In this document: piece after piece, positions 7,362 through 14,410 of the stretch
Numbering within the stretch: the first letter of the stretch is position 1
Layout: each line of letters begins with the position of its first letter
Source: a virus
Lineage: Duplodnaviria > Heunggongvirae > Uroviricota > Caudoviricetes
Reading direction: 5' to 3' (one strand)
DNA: 20,624 nucleotides
Virus record (IMG/VR): IMGVR_UViG_2563366839_000008
Program-made: the position numbers and the translations under genes
The notes under the pieces: model-generated
The model's database searches: none
What the model was told of the DNA's origin: nothing
The model's input: only the letters and a program-made list of their open reading frames with translations

Positions 7362-8324
7362 ATGAGCAGCAAGCTTCATGGTCTTGTCTGGGAAGGGTGC
7401 GCCTTCACCGGCATGATCTTATCCAGGGTGGCGGTTATGGCCCGTCTTGCAGACTACAGCAATGACGAGGGCGTGTCATGGCCTGCCATTGAAACTATCC
7501 GGCGTCAGATCGGTGCAAGAAGTGAATCCACAGTGAAATCGGCTATTGCAGAACTGGCGAAAGAGGGCTGGCTGACGAAGGAAGAGCGTAAGGTCGGTGG
7601 GCGTAATGTAAGCAATATCTATCGGCTTAATGTGGAAAAACTCGAAGCAGCTGCGGCGGCGGCGCGTGAGTCATATAAACCGAAAAGAAAAATTAGCCCG
7701 GCAAAAAATGACCCGTTAACAGTTGACCCGTCAAATATTGACCCCTCAACGGTTGACCCGTCAAATTTTGATGGATCAACTGTTGATAAAAAACTGCCGA
7801 TTAGGGGGCCGATGATTGACCCCGATCCGTCAGTATTAAAACCTGATCCGTCAGATAAAAGATCTTCTTGTCCGGACGCTTCGCAACCGGACCCGCAGAC
7901 GGCTGAACAGGATTTTTTAACCCGACACCCTGACGCGGTTGTGTTCAGTGCGAAAAAACGCCAGTGGGGAAGTCAGGAAGATTTGGTGTGCGCACAGTGG
8001 ATCTGGGGACGAATCGTGAGTCTTTACGAGCAGGCGGCCAGCTATGATGGCGAGATCACTAGACCGAAAGAACCCAACTGGACAGCATGGGCCAATGACG
8101 TTCGCACAATGCGGATGCTGGATGGCAGAACTCACAGACAAATTTGTGAAATGTTTGGGCGTCTCCAGCGGGATTCGTTCTGGGTAAAAAACATCATGAG
8201 TCCGGCAAAACTCCGGGAAAAATGGGATGAACTGGTTATCCGCCTGGGGCGTTCGCCTGCGCAGCGTTGCGTGAATCACATTTCTGAACCGGACACTGAA
8301 ATTCCGCCGGGCTTCAGGGGGTAA
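7362..8324 (+). CDS. Replication initiator, lambda O-like N-terminal DNA-binding domain, with iterons inside the gene
   Basis: ATG at 7362 with a G-rich SD (the ORF also opens at GTG 7347). N-terminal winged-helix segment GVSWPAIETIRRQIGARSESTVKSAIAELAKEGWLTKEE resembles the O-protein N-domain. Directly repeated sequences are embedded right after this domain. Confidence 0.6.
   Translation: MSSKLHGLVWEGCAFTGMILSRVAVMARLADYSNDEGVSWPAIETIRRQIGARSESTVKSAIAELAKEGWLTKEERKVGGRNVSNIYRLNVEKLEAAAAAARESYKPKRKISPAKNDPLTVDPSNIDPSTVDPSNFDGSTVDKKLPIRGPMIDPDPSVLKPDPSDKRSSCPDASQPDPQTAEQDFLTRHPDAVVFSAKKRQWGSQEDLVCAQWIWGRIVSLYEQAASYDGEITRPKEPNWTAWANDVRTMRMLDGRTHRQICEMFGRLQRDSFWVKNIMSPAKLREKWDELVIRLGRSPAQRCVNHISEPDTEIPPGFRG
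7705..7860. repeat. Iteron array (putative prophage origin of replication) embedded in the O-like gene
   Basis: Direct repeats of TTGACCCGTCAAAT / TTGACCCCTCAACGG / TTGACCCGTCAAAT, then TTGATGGATCAACTG, TTGACCCCGATCCGTCAG and CTGATCCGTCAGAT; encoded as DPLTVDPSNIDPSTVDPSNFDGSTVD in the protein. Confidence 0.6.
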
Positions 8325-8364
8325 GTGTTAATTTCTGGTCATGAGGTAATTTTCAGGAGGGCTT

Positions 8365-8787
8365 GTGGCAAAAGTTTTTACACAAGAAGAGCGGGAAAAA
8401 ATTAAAGGGCAGGTTGTTGAACTCGTACGCCAGAGTGGGCGCGAGACGTTACGACAACTGGAAACTAAAACTGGGGCAACAAGATATCTGATGAGCGTTC
8501 TGGCCAGAGAGCTGGTTGCCAGTGGCGATGTATACAACTCTGGTTACGGGTTATTCCCGTCTGAACAGGCGCGTAAGGACTGGCAAAATGCCCGTAAAAA
8601 GCTCTCAAGGGCAAAGCTGAAGAAACCATCTGCGGTTGATCCGGACCTTATCTGGTCATTACCTGACGGAGAAATACGTCGCTACGACAGGCGCCTAAAC
8701 ATAATCTGTCGCGAGTGCCGGAAGAGTGAAGCTATGCAGCGTGTACTGGCGTTTTATCAGGGGAATTTTGAGGAGGTGGTGCGGTGA
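8365..8787 (+). CDS. Hypothetical phage protein, 140 aa
   Basis: GTG start with strong SD AGGAGG 4 nt upstream; contains CRECRK motif. No confident domain assignment. Confidence 0.55.
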   Translation: MAKVFTQEEREKIKGQVVELVRQSGRETLRQLETKTGATRYLMSVLARELVASGDVYNSGYGLFPSEQARKDWQNARKKLSRAKLKKPSAVDPDLIWSLPDGEIRRYDRRLNIICRECRKSEAMQRVLAFYQGNFEEVVR

Positions 8788-9038
8788 GTGAATCAAAATG
8801 CCAGGTTAATGGCAACAAGATAGAACCATGTGCAGCACTGGCAAAGTCCCTTGAGCGTGATGCTGAATACACGATGCGAAAAGGTCTGCTGATATACAAA
8901 ATCTGGAATGAGAGTTTAACTCGCGGTCCTGATTTTGTGATGTTGCGTTCCGGTGAATTTTCTAAATTACCAGTTCGGGTTTCATTTTGTCCGTTCTGTG
9001 GTGAAAGTCTGAAAACGTGGGAGAACAGAAATGAATGA
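8784..9038 (+). CDS. Hypothetical small Cys-containing protein, 84 aa (possible zinc-ribbon)
   Basis: GTG start overlapping the previous stop, SD GAGGAGG upstream; C-terminal CPFCGE motif plus upstream Cys residues. Confidence 0.5.
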   Translation: MSESKCQVNGNKIEPCAALAKSLERDAEYTMRKGLLIYKIWNESLTRGPDFVMLRSGEFSKLPVRVSFCPFCGESLKTWENRNE

Positions 9039-9342
9039 AATTAAAGAAATACCAGTAGTACGTGATGAATATGGCTACTGGACGCATCCTGAATATGAAA
9101 AATTCTGTGACGGTCGGGAATATATTTCAACGGAAGAGTTTAACGCCTGGATGGAGGAAAATAATCTTCAATACGTCCTCTGCTTCAGAGATGAAGGATG
9201 TGCTGACCTTGATGCGTGTGATGCTGATATTTCTGCATGGGAACCGGAACGACCAGAGGGCAATGGATGGTTTATTGGTTCAATACATGACACCGAAGAT
9301 GGCCCGGTTTGTGTATGGCTGAGAAATAAGGCCGAAGCATAA
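9031..9342 (+). CDS. Hypothetical phage protein, 103 aa
   Basis: ATG overlaps the previous stop; protein-like composition; part of a translationally coupled early-right operon. Confidence 0.55.
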   Translation: MNEIKEIPVVRDEYGYWTHPEYEKFCDGREYISTEEFNAWMEENNLQYVLCFRDEGCADLDACDADISAWEPERPEGNGWFIGSIHDTEDGPVCVWLRNKAEA

Positions 9343-9470
9343 AGGCTATAAACCGACTAACAACTAAATACTGAAGATTTAAATCAGAAACGATTTTTAT
9401 TAAATCCTTAACCGGAGGGATTCCTGCACCCTCAGAACATCAGGAGGCCGTCCGAAAGGGCGGTAGTGAA

Positions 9471-9653
9471 ATGCGAAAATTCAAAATAATTATTGAAACG
9501 GGAATAGCCGGTGGAGATTTCGAGGATGAATTCGAAGTGGATGATGATGCAACACCAGATGAAATACAGGATGAAGCTAAAGATATTTTCTTTAACTACT
9601 GCAATTACTCATACCACGAAATAAAAGACGAAGAGGAAGAACAAAATGGCTGA
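9471..9653 (+). CDS. Highly acidic small protein, 60 aa
   Basis: Translation MRKFKIIIETGIAGGDFEDEFEVDDDATPDEIQDEAKDIFFNYCNYSYHEIKDEEEEQNG has Asp/Glu at more than a third of positions; weak SD. Confidence 0.5.
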   Translation: MRKFKIIIETGIAGGDFEDEFEVDDDATPDEIQDEAKDIFFNYCNYSYHEIKDEEEEQNG

Positions 9654-9822
9654 TTTTGGTTCAACTAAATATAACGCCAGTTTTGAAGAATGGCATGAAC
9701 TGTTAATGGATTATGCAGAGTTACGCGGTGGAAGTGCCGCTGATGCTGAAGCATGGCGTGATGATTATGAAGCAGGGAAAACACCGGTCGAAGCATATTG
9801 TGATGAGTGGGGCGATGAATGA
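9646..9822 (+). CDS. Hypothetical small protein, 58 aa (below the ORF-track length cutoff)
   Basis: Read directly from sequence: MADFGSTKYNASFEEWHELLMDYAELRGGSAADAEAWRDDYEAGKTPVEAYCDEWGDE. SD GAGGAAG 8 nt upstream; overlaps neighbours at both ends. Confidence 0.5.
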   Translation: MADFGSTKYNASFEEWHELLMDYAELRGGSAADAEAWRDDYEAGKTPVEAYCDEWGDE

Positions 9823-10178
9823 GCGAGATTAATTATCAGGAAGGGCATGAAAAGGCAGGGCAGGCAAAACCAGTGGCATGGCGATATCGCTACGTGAAAA
9901 AAGGCGTTACAGACTTTCAGGGGAAGCAGTGGGTTGGTGACTGGAAATATGTCCCGACAAAAGAGGATTGTAACGACAGACCAAACTATGAAATTCAGGC
10001 GTTATTCACGGCCCCGCCAGCTTCGGTGACATCAGAAGGACTGGTTAAAGCTGTGCGCTTTTATGAACAGGTACGGCGTGAGGATCCGCCAGTTGAAACC
10101 GGAGCATGGAAAGACGCTATTGACTGGGTACTCAAGGAGGCCTGCCTGGTTGTAAACACGGGCATCAAAGGAGGCTGA
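9819..10178 (+). CDS. Hypothetical phage protein, 119 aa
   Basis: ATG overlaps the upstream stop (ATGA); protein-like composition. Confidence 0.55.
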   Translation: MSEINYQEGHEKAGQAKPVAWRYRYVKKGVTDFQGKQWVGDWKYVPTKEDCNDRPNYEIQALFTAPPASVTSEGLVKAVRFYEQVRREDPPVETGAWKDAIDWVLKEACLVVNTGIKGG

Positions 10179-10394
10179 ATGGGTATTGCCGCAAGTTATA
10201 CCATGCATCTCTATTGTGATTGCCGCCAGTGTACGGATGGCAAATATCAGTCGCCAGATTTTGGTGAGTATATCGGTACGTCATGGGCTGGCTGTGCAAA
10301 AGAGGCACGTAAAGATGGGTGGCGAATAAGTGCCGACAAAACGCGTGCTTTTGCGCCAGGGCATAAAATTTTGAGGAGCAACAAAGGAGAGTGA
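10179..10394 (+). CDS. Hypothetical small Cys-rich protein, 71 aa
   Basis: SD AAAGGAGG upstream of the ATG; CDCRQC motif. Confidence 0.5.
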   Translation: MGIAASYTMHLYCDCRQCTDGKYQSPDFGEYIGTSWAGCAKEARKDGWRISADKTRAFAPGHKILRSNKGE

Positions 10395-10395
10395 T

Positions 10396-10614
10396 GTGCC
10401 TACATTATTCAGAAAAGAATATCCGCGAAAAAGTAGAGCGACAGAATTTTTGTTTCTCATTCTGTTTATCGTGTTGATGATACCGATATCCCCGTTAATT
10501 CTGGTATGGGGAATCGGAAAAATAATTGAGCCAGTTATTGAATTGTATAACGATGTGGTATGGGCTCCGTTCAACACACTGCACAATAAAATTAATCCGT
10601 ATAAGGAAAACTGA
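10396..10614 (+). CDS. Small membrane protein, 72 aa (one predicted transmembrane helix)
   Basis: GTG start with SD AAAGGAGAG; hydrophobic stretch FLFLILFIVLMIPISPLILVWGIG. Confidence 0.45.
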   Translation: MPTLFRKEYPRKSRATEFLFLILFIVLMIPISPLILVWGIGKIIEPVIELYNDVVWAPFNTLHNKINPYKEN

Positions 10615-10615
10615 T

Positions 10616-10879
10616 ATGGCAACTTTGACAAAAAAAGAACAGGCATGGTTGAACGAATTACAGGACGTTCTTGATCGCTGTCCATCACCGAAAAAAATTG
10701 GTTTTTACACCATTGGCGATAAAAGCATTTACCTGTATGACCTGCGCCGCATGGATGAAATCATGGAGGCTCTTGATAATCGTTCGTCAATGGATTGGTG
10801 TGTTGCTGTCCATGATATGAATGCAGGGTTTGATGAAAAGATTTTGTTCCCCTCATCAGTTGAAAGCACTGCGGGTTAA
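10616..10879 (+). CDS. Hypothetical phage protein, 87 aa
   Basis: ATG at 10616 with SD AAGGAAAA, immediately after the previous stop; the longer track ORF from 10526 has an implausible N-terminus. Confidence 0.5.
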   Translation: MATLTKKEQAWLNELQDVLDRCPSPKKIGFYTIGDKSIYLYDLRRMDEIMEALDNRSSMDWCVAVHDMNAGFDEKILFPSSVESTAG

Positions 10880-10889
10880 GGAGTAACAC

Positions 10890-11057
10890 ATGACCACTAT
10901 TACCAAAGAACGTATTGAATTGTTCATTAAAAACCCGCTTGAAAACGGGCTTACCCGTGGTGAACAAATGGAACTGGCACGGATTGCGCTGGCATCGCTG
11001 GAAGCAGAGCCGGTTGTGTTCTGGTTTGAAAAATATCAAGAAGGGGCTACGGCATGA
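10890..11057 (+). CDS. Hypothetical small protein, 55 aa; paralogue of the N-terminal part of the next gene
   Basis: Read from sequence: [63 protein letters not shown] upstream. Confidence 0.5.
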   Translation: MTTITKERIELFIKNPLENGLTRGEQMELARIALASLEAEPVVFWFEKYQEGATA

Positions 11058-11398
11058 CGACTTTTACCAGAGAGCAGTTAATAGCTCACGCAGAGGAGAC
11101 TATTGAAGCACAGAGACTGTGCATACCGGGCACAATCGACCATGACATCATCCGCACATATAAGATGGATATTGCTGTTCTGGAAATCGCACTGGTATCG
11201 CTGGCAGCAGAGCCAGCCGGTAAATTGCATGAATACAAACCAGTGGGATATCAGCGTCTGGTCGATGAGTTAACCATGCTGGTAAAGCAGTTAACCTGGC
11301 AACTGAGGAAAGCGAAGCCAGACTGCAAATTACCGGATAAGGCGATGAGTTATCTGGAGCGGAACGGACTGATAAGCGTGGAGGATATTTTACGATGA
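11054..11398 (+). CDS. Hypothetical protein, 114 aa
   Basis: ATG overlaps the upstream stop (ATGA); shares MTTxT(K/R)E and IAL(A/V)SL(E/A)AEP motifs with the preceding ORF. Confidence 0.55.
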   Translation: MTTFTREQLIAHAEETIEAQRLCIPGTIDHDIIRTYKMDIAVLEIALVSLAAEPAGKLHEYKPVGYQRLVDELTMLVKQLTWQLRKAKPDCKLPDKAMSYLERNGLISVEDILR

Positions 11399-11478
11399 CC
11401 TGGCCTGAAGCATTAACAACGGTAGGAATTGCGATGGCGGTGGCGCTGGTGGTGTATTCGATTTGCCGCTGGGGATAA
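11395..11478 (+). CDS. Possible 27-aa hydrophobic peptide
   Basis: Read from sequence: [31 protein letters not shown] overlap with the upstream stop, GGAGGA about 10 nt upstream. Too short to be confident. Confidence 0.3.
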   Translation: MTWPEALTTVGIAMAVALVVYSICRWG

Positions 11479-11689
11479 AAACGGTTTGCGGGAAAAGGAG
11501 AGTTAAGTAGAATTGCAGCGGGTGCTTGAGGCTATCTGTCTCAGGCATGAACACCAAAAGGCAGATAGAGAAAAGCCCCAGTTAACATTACGCGTCCGGC
11601 AAGACGCTTAACATTAATCTGAGGCCATATCTATGCTCTACACACGTAGGTTAGCCTCTTACGTGCCGAAAGGCAAGGAGAAGCAGGCT

Positions 11690-11845
11690 ATGAAGCAGCA
11701 AAAGGCGATGCTAATCGCCCTGATCGTCATCTGTTTAACCGTCATTGTGACGGCACTGGTAACGAGGAAAGACCTCTGCGAGGTACGAATCCGAACCGGC
11801 CAGACGGAGGTCGCTGTCTTCACAGCTTACGAACCTGAGGAGTAA
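11690..11845 (+). CDS. hokD: Hok/Gef-family type I toxin (HokD/RelF-like), 51 aa
   Basis: Translation MKQQKAMLIALIVICLTVIVTALVTRKDLCEVRIRTGQTEVAVFTAYEPEE matches recalled HokD; SD AAGGAG 8 nt upstream. Structured leader at 11480-11689 and a 3' hairpin at 11853-11877. Confidence 0.85.
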   Translation: MKQQKAMLIALIVICLTVIVTALVTRKDLCEVRIRTGQTEVAVFTAYEPEE

Positions 11846-11913
11846 GAGACCCGGCGGGGGAGTAATCTCCCGCCACCTCTGATGTGCCAGGCATCCTCAA
11901 CGCACCCGCACTT

Positions 11914-11935
11914 AACCCGCTTCGGCGGGTTTTTG
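11914..11935 (+). terminator. Rho-independent terminator (hairpin CCCGC-TTCG-GCGGG plus T-tract) after hok
   Basis: AACCCGCTTCGGCGGGTTTTTG; the same 20 nt recur at 13749-13770. Confidence 0.6.
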
Positions 11936-11946
11936 CATTAGTCTGG

Positions 11947-11976
11947 TTGACAAAAATAGAAAAATGCGAAAATATG
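11947..11976 (+). promoter_or_regulatory. Candidate promoter of the two-gene cassette
   Basis: Consensus -35 TTGACA at 11947-11952 in an AT-rich stretch; the -10 is weak (AAATAT/AATATG). Low confidence. Confidence 0.3.
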
Positions 11977-12010
11977 TGGTTTACGAATTCTAAAAAAAGC
12001 GAAACTTGAA

Positions 12011-12661
12011 ATGAATGAAAATCAGTTAGCTCCTTGTTGGGAATTTCAACCTTATCTTGCTGAAAACTATGTTCGCCACTTGTTGGCGGAGATCGCTAAC
12101 GTACTTGAGCAGCTGTACTATCATAAGCACGCATTAGACAGCAACTGGTCTGAAGGTGTAAGGGCTTATGATTGGGTCAGAAATCATCTTATTCAAAATG
12201 AAGATGCAATTCCTGGCCTTGAGATGATTTCCAAGGGGTTGGACTATGTAGTTGCTTTAAATAAAGTTCCGCTACAATTTACCAAAGATTGCATTAATAA
12301 CCCCAAAAAGAAACATCGTCTGCGTCGAAATAAAGTAGAGTATGAGCAGCTCTCATTGTTTGGTGATGTTGAGGCTGAGCAAGATATTACATGGCGAGTC
12401 ATAGCTGAGCCTTTTTTATCCGAAGAGGGCGATGGTGAATTAGAGTCCACACTGCCTCGTTGGGAGGTAGCTCTTGTTGGATTTAATACTTATGGTGCTC
12501 AGATTAGTATAGTTTCTCATCAATCTACAGCATCGATGCCGCTTATGCCTCTTGATTATAACACACTCCCTGACGAAGCGGAGATTAATAAGGTGCCTCT
12601 TCGTCGGCGTACGAAGGATAAAGATTTGGATGTGAGCAGTGATGGAACATCAGGTGAATAA
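12011..12661 (+). CDS. Unknown protein, 216 aa; upstream partner of the HTH-metallopeptidase gene (candidate effector/toxin)
   Basis: AT-rich ORF with a weak SD, overlapping the downstream gene by 20 nt. No recognisable catalytic motif. Flanked by terminators. Confidence 0.65.
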   Translation: MNENQLAPCWEFQPYLAENYVRHLLAEIANVLEQLYYHKHALDSNWSEGVRAYDWVRNHLIQNEDAIPGLEMISKGLDYVVALNKVPLQFTKDCINNPKKKHRLRRNKVEYEQLSLFGDVEAEQDITWRVIAEPFLSEEGDGELESTLPRWEVALVGFNTYGAQISIVSHQSTASMPLMPLDYNTLPDEAEINKVPLRRRTKDKDLDVSSDGTSGE

Positions 12662-13745
12662 CTTCACTGAGTATCGGGGTGATAAGCTCAAACTAGCGAG
12701 AATGGCTGTTGGGCTTTCTTGTGAAGAGTTAGCCGAAAAAATTGGCAAGACAAAGCAATTCGTTAGCAAACTGGAGAAGGGGTGCAGGCCATCGGAGCAA
12801 TGTCTTGAGTTAATATCTTCAGCGCTTATGATTAAGTCCAGTTTTCTTTTTACTGAACGAAAATACGCTCTGGAAAGTGATGTCTGCCATTTTCGGAGTA
12901 AGAAGTCCAGGACTCAAACGCTGACTAATAGTGTATTGGCCAGGGCTGAGATTCTTAATATTATAATTTCTGCTGTTGAAGGTGAAATCGAATTTCCTGA
13001 CGTTAACATACCGGAGCACCCAGGGGCTGAATTACTTACTCCGAATGATATTGAGCGAGTGGCAGAAGATTGTCGCCGTGCCTGGAATTTAGGTCTTGGC
13101 CCTATATCATCAATGGTTAAATTGGCGGAGAGTTTAGGGGTAATCGTTGCGCATGTTACGGGAGTCGATGATCGTGTTGATGCTTTTACTGTTCACAATA
13201 ACAGGCCTGTTATCATCAGGAACAATGTTAAAAAAAGCATATGTAGATTTCGCTCTGATTTAGGTCATGAATTAGGGCATTTAGTAATGCATGAGGGCAT
13301 AACGACAGGTGATAAACTTACGGAATCACAAGCCGATCACTTTTCGAGCGCCTTATTAGTTCCCAGGTTATCTTTCATTAAAGAATTTCCACGAATACGA
13401 GGTAAGCAATTCGACTGGAATGCTCTGGTTGAATTTAAACTTAGATGGAAAATCAGCCTTAAAATGTGTATTTATCGAGCCAGCGCATTAGGCTTATTGA
13501 CCCAGGAACAGGCAAGAACTGGCTATATGCATCTTAATTCCAGAGGGTATACGAGAGTTGAACCTGGTGATGAACTTTTGCGCCCTGAAGAACCCGGCAT
13601 GCTGGCCGAGGCGATTGAAATGCTGGATGATGCAACCTGGCTAAGAATTCTTATGAAAACTGGCTTGAGCCAAGATTTAATTCGTGAGTTGTTCTCCATC
13701 AACAGACCTATTACAAATCCAAGAAATATTTTCCAGATTGTTTGA
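12642..13745 (+). CDS. XRE-family HTH fused to ImmA/IrrE-family zinc metallopeptidase (COG2856-like, HEXXH motif), 368 aa
   Basis: N-terminal HTH LKLARMAVGLSCEELAEKIGKTKQFVSKLEKG; central zinc-peptidase motif DLGHELGHLVMHE. ATG at 12642 (GTG at 12639) is coupled to the upstream gene. AT-rich. Confidence 0.8.
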   Translation: MEHQVNNFTEYRGDKLKLARMAVGLSCEELAEKIGKTKQFVSKLEKGCRPSEQCLELISSALMIKSSFLFTERKYALESDVCHFRSKKSRTQTLTNSVLARAEILNIIISAVEGEIEFPDVNIPEHPGAELLTPNDIERVAEDCRRAWNLGLGPISSMVKLAESLGVIVAHVTGVDDRVDAFTVHNNRPVIIRNNVKKSICRFRSDLGHELGHLVMHEGITTGDKLTESQADHFSSALLVPRLSFIKEFPRIRGKQFDWNALVEFKLRWKISLKMCIYRASALGLLTQEQARTGYMHLNSRGYTRVEPGDELLRPEEPGMLAEAIEMLDDATWLRILMKTGLSQDLIRELFSINRPITNPRNIFQIV

Positions 13746-13748
13746 GTA

Positions 13749-13776
13749 TACCCGCTTCGGCGGGTTTTTTGTTTTT
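13749..13776 (+). terminator. Rho-independent terminator, identical core to the one at 11914-11935
   Basis: TACCCGCTTCGGCGGGTTTTTTGTTTTT immediately after the metallopeptidase-fusion stop. Confidence 0.65.
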
Positions 13777-13854
13777 ATTTTCAACGTGTTTGAAGTTTTG
13801 GACGGTGCCAGAATAGAATCAAAAATACTTAAGTAGCGCGCAGGGAGAAGAGGG

Positions 13855-14076
13855 ATGGACCCCGAACAGGGGGAGTGCTATTTATCTGGAAGGATTCTGT
13901 TGATGAAAATCGAAGAATTACGTGAAATTTTTAGTGAAGATGGCCTCTATGCTGTGCGCGTTGAGAATGGGGGTATTACCTACACAGCGTTAATTCCTGA
14001 TGATCATGTAGTGTTATCTGTTGAGGCATTCATTGAATACTTGGAAAGACTCGGTTTCAAGGTAGTTCGGGAATAA
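13855..14076 (+). CDS. Hypothetical small protein (73 aa; 57 aa if started at ATG 13903)
   Basis: Two possible starts: 13855 preceded by GGGAGAAGAGGG, and 13903 with GGAAGGA 8 nt upstream. No domain recognised. Confidence 0.45.
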   Translation: MDPEQGECYLSGRILLMKIEELREIFSEDGLYAVRVENGGITYTALIPDDHVVLSVEAFIEYLERLGFKVVRE

Positions 14077-14136
14077 GTTATAATACGTGAGCCAGCCTGA
14101 ACAACTGGCAACCTGCTGCGCCAGCAGAGAAAACAG

Positions 14137-14409
14137 ATGGCGCACAAAACCAAATTTCACAATTCTGATACCGACCTTGCCATCCGGCATGAGCGGCGTT
14201 CACACGCATTTAAAACCGACTGGTACCAACACCCACCATGTACTGAAGAACAGGCCGAATGGCTGATTCATAACTACCGCAGACGTGGATATGAGTTTAG
14301 GAAAGCCCTCACCCTCGATTATCGTCACTGGATAATCTACGTCAGACTCCCTTATTCCGAACGCCCACCGCGTCCGTCCCGCACATTCCAGCAACGCATC
14401 TGGAGGTAA
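14137..14409 (+). CDS. Hypothetical basic protein, 90 aa
   Basis: ORF ending 2 nt before the ydfU-like start; Arg/His-rich; weak SD. Confidence 0.45.
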   Translation: MAHKTKFHNSDTDLAIRHERRSHAFKTDWYQHPPCTEEQAEWLIHNYRRRGYEFRKALTLDYRHWIIYVRLPYSERPPRPSRTFQQRIWR

Positions 14410-14410
14410 C

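Noticed and set aside
6838-7379. Minus-strand ORFs (6838-7110, 6869-7054, 6996-7379) and plus-strand 7041-7247
   Set aside because: Antisense to or out of frame with the cro-like and YdaT-like genes, which have coupling and SD support.
11633-11689. Upstream in-frame ATG extending Hok to 70 aa (possible mok-like frame)
   Set aside because: mok normally overlaps hok in a different frame; the AAGGAG SD sits directly before the internal ATG at 11690, and the 51-aa product matches Hok-family length.
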